NCBI GenBank assembly: GCA_951406725.2
Contig: OX597815.1
Span: 134,974,001-135,038,000 of the forward strand
DNA: 64,000 bases
Direction: 5' to 3'
From: Octopus vulgaris
Taxonomy: Eukaryota
Translations under genes and position numbers: made by a program
Shown here: positions 26,371 to 40,200 of the stretch, one piece after another
Numbering within the stretch: the first letter of the stretch is position 1
Layout: every line of letters starts with the position of its first letter
Notes under the pieces: generated by a model
The model's input: only the letters and a program-made list of their open reading frames with translations
Databases searched by the model: none
Told to the model about the DNA's origin: nothing

Positions 26371-29300
26371 AATATACTAGAAGTCTGAGAAACGTTCATA
26401 ATCTACTGCTATCTCGCTGATGTTAATAATATATGTCTTCTTAATATGAAACAAATTATTGTTACAATTCAATTATTTTGTTAATTACATTTTCCTTATT
26501 TTGTTCTCTTTTATTTTTTTCTGAAATTATCATCAACAATATTATTGTATGCTATAATACTAAGCAAGGCAGCTCCTCGTGCACACTTCCAAGACCACCA
26601 CTTAAGAAGATAATGTTATAATATTGTTGATGTGGTTATCATTGTCTGTTATTGATGATGCAGTTTAATTGCTAACATAGAGAGGTTGCTATTATCACAA
26701 CTATTGCTTCGGTTATTGGAAAAAATACTCAAACTGATTCTAGTATATGACTAGTGCATATCTTCTCAACATACGATAAGAAGAAAGCAAAATTGTCCAG
26801 GCAAGATTTAAAATCACAGCATAGATGAATGCAACTAAATTGTAAAAGACTATCTAGTCCAGGTCTTTATTATTTATGCCGACCCACAAAATTAATATTA
26901 ACTAGGATTACTTTTTAAAATTGAGCTACACAGTGGTAGAAGAAACTAAGTGCTGTGATGTGATGTTTGATTCTTTCTAAAATGCCATAATGAAGGTAAA
27001 GGAAAACTGAGTTTTGTCATTTCTTCTTTCACTCCTTAATAATGATAAAGGGCATCTGATTTGGGAATAAGTCCAGCAATTTTGTAAAGGTGGGGAGTAG
27101 TCATTACCATTACCCTCAGTACTTGACAGGTACTTTATTTTATTGATCCCTTCCTTTCTCAAAGAATGACTCAGTGGTATATGAAATCAGAACATTAAAA
27201 AACAGAATACCATAATAATGATAATAATAACAATAACATAATGTAAAAGAAAATGAACTAGATACAGTTCTTAAAATTGAAGGTTTTCGTGGTAGGAAGG
27301 TTCAAGCTTTTGTCAAGAACCATTAGAGATGTAAATTAACTAATTATGATAGGAAATGAAAAAAAAAAACAAAAACAAATCTGTAGCCCTATCATGCAGT
27401 ACCTTCCACAACAAACAACACAATCTTCTCTACAAACCATTTAAGCTCCAATTACAATAGTCCTTTGATTTGCTCAATTGTAGCTATGTATATGAATCTC
27501 TCTTAAACTCCTAACTGATTTGAAGGAAAAGTAAAACTATGTTTTAAATCATGAATTTTAGGACAAGATTCCTCTGTGATGAAGATGGAGATCGCACATA
27601 CAGAATGTGAAATGGACATTTTATGCCTGCATATCTAAAGTGCAATGCCTATATTACAGGCAAAACTGCCAAAACAAAGCTGATAGTGGATACATAATGA
27701 GGATTATTTGGTATTAGATAAATGTTAGGTTTTACATTGGTGATTGAATCAATTCCACTGTCTATGAGTATTTACTTTTACTAACTCCCTCAGTACAAGA
27801 GGTGTGAGAAGCAATGTTGTCCTTGACAAGGTTTGAACTCAGAACATTGAACAATAATCCTAAACACTGAAAAATCAGAAGTTATACTAGTGGACCACAA
27901 TTTCATGGATTACATTAAAAATAAAATCATAACATTGATTTTTGAGATTTTAAAGAAAGTCATACTTAAAGAAGTACATAAGGTAGATGGCTATATAAAT
28001 AAGAAAGAGGTAGGTAAAAATTTAAAAAACTTCATGATATGGACCAAAAGAAGTTGGATAATCCCCAGGTAGCATCATTGCTGCTTGGCACCACTGGAGG
28101 GAGCAATATGATAAGTAAAGATGAAAATTGTTGCGATCTCCAGTTGACAGCTGATGTAAAGGAAAATCCTGCAGTGTAAGATGTATGTAAAATGAAATAT
28201 GTTTGTGGCTTCTTCTTATGGTCATCAGTAATTAATGAAATGAGGTGGTTCTAAATTATGAACTGAGACTGTTTTGTAGACTTACCACTATGTAATGTGT
28301 CAATATTGATAGTAGTAATAATCTCTGACAAGAATAATGATGATTCTTCACAGTGACACAGTTACAGAATTCTAAGAAATGCAATATAGCCAACTGAATC
28401 AACTTCAGCAAATGATTAGTATTACTTAGTCGAGAATCCTACTGTTTCTGTAATAATAGTAGTAATAATAATAATAACAATTTCTGACATTGGTACAAAC
28501 CCACAGATTTGTAGAAAGATAAGTTGATTGATTTGATTTGAGTACATATCTGGTACTTTTTTTTTGTATTCACTCTAGAGAAGAGAAGGACAATGGTGAT
28601 TTCAGTAGGGGGTCGAACTCAGACTATAGTATTACTAAAAACTGAATACTTTTAAGCATTTATTCTACAATGCCATTTTTACCACTCCAGTTCCCAGTTA
28701 AAAACAGAAAAAATATAAGAATAACAATAATGATTATGATGATGATGATTATATGTGATAACACTCAATTATTTGTCCATACTGTGAAATAAGACCATAG
28801 CAGACATTCATTGATCACACTGTTGTACACATTCTCTTTGACTTAATATATATATAAAATCATATATCATGAAGTATTCGAGTTGTCGTTGTGTGTATAT
28901 AAAATGTGAATGTGAGTGTATGTATATATATACATATATATATATACATACATACACAAACACACATATACACACACTAATATATGTGCATCTGTGTGTA
29001 TATATATATATATACATACAAGGAGAGAGAGAGAGAATCTTACATTGCTATTGTTCCTAATACTGTGTAGTGCTTCTCTTAATATATGTACACATGCACA
29101 CACATATATATCTCACAAAAACATACATGTAACCAGTCAACCTCAATAGCTCCTATACTTCATCCCACCTTGAAACAGCACTCTCCCCAAAACTTCTGGG
29201 TTTCCCTCACAGCCCAATTGTCATTTCTCATACAACACCTTTCCCCTGTTATACACTGTAATTCTTAACCCTAAACAGTCACTCAGAGAAGTCTATCTGT

Positions 29301-31561
29301 TTATGACCCCACACCATTACTGATCACTCTAGCCACACTTCTTGCACGTGGGCTCTGTTCATAAGCAACCTATACCTGTCTGTCAGCAGACTTCTGTGAA
29401 CAAAGAATATTTGAAACATTTCTACAAAACAATAAGACTTGCCAACTTGTAGTTTTCCCCTAAAATAACACCCCCCAAAAAGTTGCATAAATAGTTGCTA
29501 ATCTTCTCATTTTTATTCTTTCATAAACCAGTTGACACTAATGTTGCACAAAATTTTAGGATTCAGTACTTGGAGGCCCTTGTATGTGCATAGGTAATTT
29601 CTACCTACTCATTAATGAATGGCTGACCAAATCATCATGCACAGATGAAATCATCAGCTCACAGTCAATCATACTGAATCTAAGTACTTCAGTGAAGAAT
29701 GAAAGGTAAAAGTCGATTGTGATAGAATCTGAATGTAAAAATTCCATAACTAAATGCTTCATTACATGCTAACGATTCTGTCAATATATTCCTTTTTGTA
29801 AACATTGCACATCAAGTAAAACAAACCAACAACATTTCAGGGGAAGAACACTACATTCAGCTCAAACTGCTGTACTACTTATAAATACTAGGCCAAATGA
29901 TCTCTGATAACCTCTTGTGCTGCTCATGCTCTACCCAACACACATTCTTCACAATTCCAAAGCTATGCTTCACACAAAGTGAAGATTTTTCCTTTTCAGA
30001 TATACAAAAATACTTCAGGCTCTAAATAGCTGCTGTTATTGCATTTCCCTGTTGCTGTTGTTCCTTTGGTTTACAGTGTTGCTATTATGATGCTAAGTCT
30101 ATGGGCTGTTGCTGCTGGTGTAACGAGGAAGCTGTTATGTAATGAAAGTGTAGTAGTACAGCTTAGATTAGTTCTGATATATCAATGCTTCTAGTGAATA
30201 TTAGCTTATGTCACAAGGGCTCAACTTATTCCAAATACGTTCAATTCTTTGATTTTAGAACCCCCTAGTGTGGCAGGTCATGGAGGTAGAAACATTGACA
30301 GGTTGTTTGTTATTGATACTGTAACTATATGTTTTTGATGTTTAGACCCATGTCAGTTCTAGATCAGAAGAGCCATGATCAAATGCATTTTAGATGGGAC
30401 TATCCTGCCTTGCTTACAAATGAAGTATACCAAGGATTATATGATCCACTGTGTTTATACTTTTATAAAGACAGCAATGAGTAATTTGGTAGAAGTCTGA
30501 CTGCAGTTTCTAGCAAGTTGAGCAAACATGTGAAAGGTCACAAGCTGCTATATTATGCATTGTTCTTGTTGCTTTTATATTCTACTTTATTGTTTTCCAT
30601 TACTCATGCATTGATAGTGTGTTGTTGCAATTTTGTTGTACAAAATAGTGTTGATGTTTCTGTTGTTGTCATGATGGTGTTACGTGTTGTTGTGTGCTGT
30701 TGTTGCTTATGTGTTATTCCTTTTGTGTGTTGCTATCATCAGGAGGTTACATGTTTTTATTACATGATATCCTTGTTGATGTTGAGATAAATGGGCTGAT
30801 ATTTCTGTTACCATGTTGTGTGTCGTTGTGGTGGGATTGCTTTGTAACTCATGTTGGTCGCCTGTTGTGCGGCTGCTATTGTGATGCTGATTTGCGGCTA
30901 CAATTGTGTACATGGGTTTGTGAAAGTACATACCCATGTGTTATGTGTTTGTTATTTTTTTTTTCTATTTTTCTGTTATGTTTAATCATGTATGAGTAGT
31001 GCTGAGTCATTTCCTCTAATTGCAACACAAACAACAACACCAATAAAACAACAGTTACAACAATTATCAATAGCAAATGGTCACAGTCATTGAACACAGT
31101 TATGTAGTAATGACAAACAGCTACACAATACCTGAACCAACATGTTAGAAGCTTCTAGAAACACTGGATGGAGTTTGTGGCTATCAAATATGGATGATTT
31201 GTAGGTACCTAAGCATGTGTGAGTAATGGTAAAAGTCTACCTGCCTCTCTCTCTCTCTCTCTCATCCTATCTTCATTATTACTTCATTCACTCACCATCA
31301 TATTTTCTTCTCAAATCACGGTTTTGCCCAATTACTTTTATCAGTTCCTCCTCCTTATCCTCCTTGAACCCAAACTTCCTCTTCTCTCTCTCTCTCTCTC
31401 TCTCCCCCTGATTTTAATTTCTTAAACTTTGCCCATAATATGCACACAAAGTATAGTGGTAGTGGTGGTGGTGATAGAGGAAAGTGTTATGGAGGGAATT
31501 CCTCTCTCTTTCACTGGAAGAAAAATAGAATGGTAACAAAAAGTGTGTGTGTGTGTGTGTC

Positions 31562-31595
<34 letters not shown>

Positions 31596-31919
31596 CACAC
31601 ACATATATACACACATATTACAAAATGCATCAATAATAATGATAATAATAATATTTGTTATTTTTTCTGTTTTCTTTTTGTTTCATTTCTTTTTTCTTTT
31701 CATATCTTTTGTCATGTTGCTGTTGTTTTTGTTCATATCTGGAGGGGAGGGGGACAAGGGGAGAAAAAATGAAAAAACAAACACAAACAGTATTGGCTCT
31801 TTGCTAAGGGTCATTCATTCGCTTTCGCTACTAGTTGGTGTTACTGTTGTTGCTGTTCTTGTTTGTTTTTTTTATTTTTATTTTTTAATAATTTTTGTTG
31901 CAATGGTTACTGAAAACTC

Positions 31920-32429
31920 TCAAGGCGAGTTTCCAATTTTGTCCACCATTAGTTTGAGGTCAAGTACTTCTGCAGTTAAAGGATCAATGCCTTGTAGCAG
32001 AAAGTTTTGGGTTGCTTCATTACAGATTTCACCGATTTCTCGTACGTCCATCAGTTTGACGAGAACCCGTGGGAAAAGTACTTTGCCGATTTCATCATTA
32101 TATTTACACTCAATGTATGTTTTGAGCCAGGATGTGTATTTTTCCTGAGCAGCTACTACGACCTCACTACTCAATAAACTTGACTTGTCCTGGTCAAAGA
32201 ACTCAATAAGGAGTAAGAGAATCATGATAACTTTGTCGTCGTTTGTGGCGATTTTGAAGCTGCGAATGAACTGTGCAAGCTTTGAGTACAAACAATCACC
32301 AAGTGTTGCCTTTAAGATATTTGTGTCCAGGTAACTCTTCTCTCCATTGCAGTCTTTGAATACCCACATGTTTTCAATATATGAATATGCCATTGATGCT
32401 CGGATTAAAGATACTTCACGGATGCTGCC
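31920..32429 (-). CDS. HR96: NR terminal exon: C-terminal half of LBD to stop codon
   Basis: 510 nt inside ORF 31920..32435; acceptor ttttgcag; GSIREVSLIRAS...AQEKYTSWLKTYIECKY...LFPRVLVKLMDVR...DPLTAEVLDL...P*, matching NR LBD helices 5-12. Confidence 0.93.
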   Translation of the reverse strand, partial: GSIREVSLIRASMAYSYIENMWVFKDCNGEKSYLDTNILKATLGDCLYSKLAQFIRSFKIATNDDKVIMILLLLIEFFDQDKSSLLSSEVVVAAQEKYTSWLKTYIECKYNDEIGKVLFPRVLVKLMDVREIGEICNEATQNFLLQGIDPLTAEVLDLKLMVDKIGNSP

Positions 32430-34203
32430 CTGCAAAAAGAAATAAAAAAAGAGATTTTAAAAAATAGCTTATCACATAAAATAGAAATTTCAATTAAATA
32501 TTGCATTTTGGAAAAATCCCTTTTCCTAATAACCATTGGCTAATGCCATTATTATTAGCATTGCCCGTGCCGGTGGCACGTAAAAAGCACCATCCGACCG
32601 TAACCGTTTGCCAGCCTCGTCTGGCACGTAAAAAGCACCCACTACACTCATGGAGTGGTTGGCGTTAGGAAGGGCATCCAGCCGTAGAAACATTGCCAGA
32701 TCAGACTGGGCCTGGTGCAGCCTTCTGGCTTCCCAGACCCCAGTTGAATCGTCCAACCCATGCTAGCATGGAAAGCGGACACTAAATGATGATGATGATG
32801 ATGATTGTTGTATCATTGAAAAATGTGTCTTACAATTAGTTGCATCACAAATGCCTTTCAGGAAATTCAAATGCTGATTTTCAAGAATTTATATAATTTA
32901 CTACTCAATCTATTTTCACTGAACTTCAATTAATTCATCTATTCTTTTAGTGAATCATATATTTATAGGTCTGTCTTCTTCAGTGTAGAAATATAGGTAC
33001 TATCTATCTCTGAATAGGTAACTGGAGTTACATTTTCAGGGAAAAAATGGCAGCATGGCACAATGGAAAGAGAATTTTTGTCTTTAGCTTACATCAGAGA
33101 ATGGTGGAAATATAAGTTGAGAGGTGTCAGCTGTCACAACCTTTAAACATTTACAAGCTAACACAGAAGCCTCTACATAGTTACTTGATATGTGGGAAAT
33201 AGCAGCCAAGTTCTGTTAAACCATATATGGTTTTAAGAAAAGACATTTGCATTGGATCACATAGTTTTAGAGGTAAAAAGAGAAAAACAGGATGGTCATA
33301 GCTAATCAGGACTAATGTTGGGTTAAACAATAATAACTAACATTTATTTTCAGTTATTAAATACAAACAAATTATTAGCAAATACAACTTTACCAAGATA
33401 CAATATTTGTTGTATTTTCAAATATCACAATTCATACTATTTCAGATCTAAATGCCAAAATCATCTTATCTAATGAAAGCAAGAATTTGTTTAATTTTAT
33501 TCTTGGACTCAGCTAGGTTATTTATCACCCTCAGCCTTCTACAAACTACAGGCTAGTTTAAAAAAACTGAATACATTTTTATGTATTTAGATTTCATTCT
33601 TGCATTGGTTGCATAACATGTACAACTGTACACAAGCATTATTTAGAAGATAGAATATGAAAATGTAATGAGAATTAATGAAATCTGTTGAGTAGCAAAA
33701 AGAGAAGACATTTTAGTTGTAATCATCACATCTTTTATTCAGCCACGACAAACAATGAACTGAACAGAGTGACCCACAAAAGAGGATAAAGAAAAACTTC
33801 CAGTTGCAAGAACCTATGAACATCTTGAAAGACTGTCAGAAGCAAAGCAAGCTAAAGCGTAAGAAAATTTGAAAGTGAAAGCACATACATGTAGTGTTCC
33901 CAAACAATGTAAATCTTCTTACAAAGGAAGTAAAGAAGATTAGAAAATATGAACTAGTGACCAAGATCAAAACAATATGAAACATCAAAAATAAAAGGTA
34001 GTGTCAATTGTTATACAAGCACTCACTATGATCAAATAGGGATTCAACATTAAGTAACTTCCAGGCAAAATTTGTGACACACAATTGCAATCTTGGGGAA
34101 TTATTAAGTCTTAAGTAGTTCTTCATGATTGGGTTTTTGATAATATCTGATAAGTTAATAGAGGATGGAATTTTTAAATGTGAACAAGTGCAGCAGAAGC
34201 AGC

Positions 34204-34245
<42 letters not shown>

Positions 34246-37200
34246 CTTCAGATAAAAATCATGCTTTCTCATTGATATGATTGTCCCAATCGATATAAAC
34301 GTATCTGTGAAGACCTACCAAAAACTGAGCAAATATAAAGATCTTGAAATAGAAATCAGCAAAATGTGGAACCTGAAGACTAAAACAATACCTGTTGTCA
34401 TAGGTGCCCTGAAAATGATAGCAATAGGGGCTGATTGCTACCTAGCTCAGATACCAGGAAACCCAAACATGGCAGAAATTCAAATAATAGTGCTCATGGG
34501 AACTGCTCATATCCTACACAAAATTCTTTCAATGTAATCTCAAGTTTTAAAACAAACATAATTTTCTTATGGTTTCTTAAACATTCACTACTACAACAGT
34601 AAGCACAAATCCAAATATATGGCACCCTAGGCATAACAACAACATGAACTTCCAACTTGTTGTCTCTTGAGGTCTTTGGGAGAGACTTGGAGCCAACTTG
34701 TACAAATGTAAAACAGAATAATAATAATAATAATAATTTCTGTTTTAGACACAAGGCCAACAAATTTGAAAGAAGGAGTCAGTCAATATCAGTCACCCTA
34801 GTTCTTGACTGGTACTTTATTTTATTGGCCCTCGGAAGATTAAAAGACAAAGTTAACCTTGATAGGATTTGAACTCAGAACATAAAAGGCTAGAATGAAC
34901 ATCACATGGCAATTTTTTCAATGCTCTAATGATCCAGTTAGGTTAAGAGACAAGGCCTGCAATTTTGAGAGAAATGGTTAGTTGGCAAAACTAACTTTAG
35001 TACTTCACTGGTACTTAACTGACCCTGAAAGGATGGACAGTAAAGGTGACTTCAGTGGGATTTTAATTCATAATGTATAGATCCAGAATAAATACTGCAA
35101 TGCATTTTATCCAATGCTTTAGCCATTATAGTAGTATACTATTGTCCAGTGGGATTGAACCTGGATCCACAGTAGATTTCTTATCTCTTCTGAAGTAGAT
35201 TTCTTATCTCTACAACTATGCCTCTGCCTTATATTGCCTAAGCATTTTTAAAATACATTATTTGAAAAAATGAAAAGCGATTTGTTTCAACCAGTAATCA
35301 ACATTCAATTGTAGACTTGGCTCAGGGGTAGCTTGCTTCTTGTTCTATGGCACCTGTCACAATAATGATCATCATAAGTTCTCAATAATAGTCCTTTATT
35401 TATTTTGGCACAAGGCCAACAATTTTGAGGGGTGGGGAAGTCAATTATACTGACCTAGCATTCAACCGATACTTTGACTCTGAAAGGATGAAAGGCAAAG
35501 TCAAACTCAAAAGAATTTGAACTCAAAACATAAAGACAGGCAAAATGCTGCTAAGCATTCTTCCTGGCATGTGAACAGTTCTGCCAGCTCGCCGTCTTAT
35601 TAGTTTTCAAAAAGGATAAAGATTTTTGAATAACAATTGTAGACTAACACAAAAAAAAAAATTATATCAAGTGCAACAACAATGAAACCAGTGACAAGCT
35701 AACAGAAGAGCATTTATGTGGTTGTTTGACCTGCAAGAAATAGTAGTCAAATCTCCCTCATACTACACCCTACTGTTTTAGAAGTGGAAGCATACATTGG
35801 ATATACAGTTTTGGATGTTCATCACCTGAAATAGAGATGTGGTGGTCCTGGCTGGAATACAGTTAATCACAGCTGATCTTGACCAAAGACTCAACAGCAA
35901 TAATTACAATAGGTAAAAATTCCAAAATGTGAATTTTATAAATTAATGGTTACATAAAATACTTCTATTATAATTAGCTACAGAATATGGTTAACTTACA
36001 GTCTGGTTAAGTTATTTTATTGTAGTACTGAGAAGCAAAGAGAAGGTAATTAATGTAAATAAATAGTTAATAATAAATTGAAGTTGGTACAAGACAAAAC
36101 TTGTTCTGAGAATTGATATTATAATTAAATTGTAGGAGAAATCAGTGGATGGTAAAAATGATAGAACATCAGACTAAATGCTGAATGCTAAATGTTTCAT
36201 ACTAACTAAAAGTTAAATCTTTATGTTTTGAGTCCAATTATCAAAGCTTCCACACTTTAATGGCTGATAAAACACCAGTTAAATACCAATGTTGATTTAA
36301 TTGACTACTCCTTCCCCATCATCTTGTTGTCTTGTGCATAAATTAGAGATCTTTATCAAATTACACTTACTTTGTATTGAATCAATAAAATAGTGTTAGC
36401 TATGTATTGTGGTTGATTTAGTCAGATATATGCATTCTTCTAAAAATGTTGCTGTCCTGTGTCAATAGAAGGAATCCCTGCCTTTGTAATGACCCCTATC
36501 CTCACCCTTGTGGAAAATATAAGAGACTATTATTATTATCATCCTTATTAATGTAGAGAGCAAACAGGGTCATTTGATCATCTTTAAAACGAAAAATACC
36601 AAGTAATATTTCTCCCAGTTTACTATGTTCTAAGTTCAAATGCTGCTGAGGTCAATTTTACCTTTCATCATTCTGGAATTGGTAGAGTAAAGAGTCACTC
36701 AAGTACTGGGACCAATGTAATCAACAAACCCCTTCCATTTAAAACTGCTATGCCAAAATGCAAGCTGACAGAATTGTTAGCACACTGGACAAAATGCTTA
36801 GCAGTGTTTTGTTTGTCTTTACATTCTGAGTTCAAATTCCCCACAAATTTTAAGCCTTGCACCTATAGTAGAAAGCATTATCAACTATAATAATACTCTT
36901 GTATTTTTCTCCATCACAACATATGAATGAGAAAGGAAGGGGTGATGGCAAACTGGTAATGGGATGATGGAAATTCTACAGTGAAAACAAAAATCAAACA
37001 GCATTTCAACTCTGTGTGAGTACAAGGTATGTGAATGTTTGTATGTATGAACCAGCATTCTTTCAGTAACAAACGATGATTGATGTCACATCTCAAAATA
37101 CAATTACTAGATAATATTGAGAAGTGTATTAATTTGAAATACCTTCCATATTCTATCTCTTGTCCTTATTTATATATAAAATACTACAATTAGCCATCAA

Positions 37201-40200
37201 TTTTGATGGCACGGGGCCAGCTAGTTAATATTATAATTTATTACGGCTTCCATTGTCACAATTGAATCCTGTGTGATCATGGTTGTACTGTGTGCATTCT
37301 GGTTTTAGACTGAATACATTATTCTAAAACTTACATGTCACAAGAGGTGACTGAAAGATTTAGCTGAGGAAGTACTTAGAAAGAGAACTACCTTAAAAAA
37401 GGAACGATGATGAGCGTACTTCAAAACGAAAATAGCCTTTCTAATGAAGCTGTGACGTTAACCCCTATTTCAGCAGGGAAAATGGCCTTAAAATGGTTAC
37501 TAAAAAAAATACATCTGATTTTTGTAATTTTTAGGAAAATAAAAACTTCTAGATTGTAAAAAAAGTTCAGTGTGAGGGATATCTAAATGCTAGAGAATGG
37601 TAATAACATAAGACTAAGGAAAATAGATTTCAGGATCTGTATAAGTAGTAATAGTAGTAAAATAGCAACAATTTTATCTCACTGTTAATTAATCATCTAC
37701 TTGATACACATCAGTAGTAGTAGTAGTAGTAGTTGCAGTAGCAGCAGCACATTAGCAGCAAATTTTTGAACATACATTAATTCTATTATAGAAAGACTGC
37801 TGACAAATATAACAAATTATCAAATTGCTCAGAATAGAAGAATTTTTAAAAAACCAAGAGCTATACTTAATTTTTGAGGCACCATTAATCTATACAAGCA
37901 GCACCCATAGAAATTCCACAGTTATTTTGAAACCAATAAGATTGTTGGAAGTTTACAAAGAACTATCAAATATGTAGTTTTTCTTGAAGTTGCATTTTTC
38001 CCCTGAAGTGTCTGATTCTTGAGATTGCATAAAATCCTTATAATAGTACTTAAGTTGAAGTCTTTGGAGAGCATATCTTTAAAAACTATACTCTTTGTAG
38101 TACACTTGTCAACTCTTCTAACTTGATAGTTCATATTTTTATCTTCATGTCAAGAAGTAAAAGAGCTACATGCAACTGTCCATGAGAAAATATTGGTTCA
38201 CGTCTCTGACTTTCTATTGTGACTATGTTATGAAAATTATTGAAAAATATGTTGAAAGAATAATGTATATAGTAAATGCTTAAAGCATTCTCACCTATAA
38301 AATGAAACTGAAGGTACGAGCTATCTGTATTATTCTGTTACAATTCAACTATGTTGTCGATACTTCAACAAATCTTAATGCAGTGTATAACATCCTTCTT
38401 TTCATATCAGAGAAAAATGAATATGACTGAAGTTAGAGCCCCAATCCCAGTGAACAAAGGGAGTAACTGGCTACCAAGCTGTGAATTCTAAAAATATGAC
38501 ACTTAATGGAAAATATTTATTTCCCCATCAATTGTTTTATGAATAATATAAATAATGCATTATACCTTTGATTCGTTCCACAATTTATCAATCGTCTTAC
38601 ACATAATGTAAATGTGTTTTACTCCAATGTTAAGAGCTACATACTTAGGTCATTACTGAATACTGTTATAGGTCATATAAATAAATTTTTCTCTCCAATT
38701 TTGTTCCATAATTTATCAGTCAATTGTCTTACGAATAATATAAATGTTGTCTGTAAAATAAATTATGTCTTTGATTTTGTTACATATTTAGACAGTAGCA
38801 GAACAATGTTTTAGATGTAGTATAACAAAGAGCATTGAATCGTTGAAAAAGTACATATACTTCTAAAATATGCAATTTCTCATATCCTCTGGTAATTCAT
38901 TTTCATTACTGAAAACAAATTTATATTCTATGAATTTCTCCTTGCATTGATAATCATGTTCTTTCCCATGTTAGATAACAACAGAAAGAATATTAGATAT
39001 AAGAATTATAGAAATGTCACCTTTCAAATTATCTTAACATTTTAGATATATGCACTACAGTAGACATTTGTTTATAACCTGACTTGCTTGGAGTCATGCC
39101 ACATCTGAAATATTAAAATCAATTTTTCCAGAACACACAGAAAGTATTACCTACCAAACACAAAGATACATATTTATCAAATAGACTCCATTCATTGAAA
39201 TATATTTAGACTTGCTGTTGAGGGGTATAGCTGCCGAAATTTTATGAAGAAACAAGTTTGAGTAGAATACCAAGGTGTCAAATGATGCCATGGTTATAAT
39301 TCCTTATATGGATTCCTTAAAGAAATCTTATATAAATATTTCAGCTCCTTAGAAGTTTCTTTGTTAAACTTGGGTTTTAATGAAAAGTACTTTATATAGT
39401 AGGACTAAATATATTTTAATGAATATGCTTTTTTTCTATAATAAATATTTCAATCAAACTTTCTCAATATATTCTATAAAACATAGACATCTTCATAATA
39501 ATAATAATAAAAAAAATTTTAAATTCATAGAAAAGGTGTGTTTGTGTGTACAGTGAATTTTGATGTTTTGAGCAGACCCCACCTTCACCATTTTGTATTT
39601 TCTTTAGCAATTTTGTCAGTTCTCTCTCTCTCTCTCTCTGGTATTGTAGACCATCACCAGTTTCTTTTGAATTTATTTTTTTTCTTATTTGTCAAAGCTT
39701 ACTCTAATCTCTAGCAATCTGAATATTTATCTGACAGCTTGTTTGCAATTTTGCTCTCAAGCATGCTAATGATTAACAGAATTTCATTCTTTCAGATATG
39801 CAGGTACCTTTATGATCAATCAAAAAAAAGATTGAGTCAGATATATTTGTATGAAGAATGATTGTAAAAACATGTATGAAATACAAACAGCCACAAATAG
39901 AATTAAATACTGAAAGATGTTTAGTCATATACTCCATAACCTTAATTATTTACTGCAATATTGCTGAAAGAATCTTTCCTCAGTAGATTTTCGAAACGTA
40001 ATTCCATACTAACTTTTATGCAGCCTCTTGAGGTTTTTCACATTGAAAAGCTGATTACAGATGCATGAGGGATGGTTTTAAAAAAAATCAAGATGAACTT
40101 GTATATATTACCTGTGCTCGCTATACATACATATGTACATACATATATACATATGTCACAAGAAGGTAAACAAGTTATGAATGTGGGCTGAATCCTAATG

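Noticed and set aside
30518-31097. Cys/Val-rich ORFs downstream of the receptor
   Set aside because: TG-rich low complexity, probably 3' UTR or flank; no splice or homology support.
31543-32148. 201-aa plus-strand ORF
   Set aside because: Antisense shadow of the NR terminal exon extended by microsatellite and T-rich UTR sequence.
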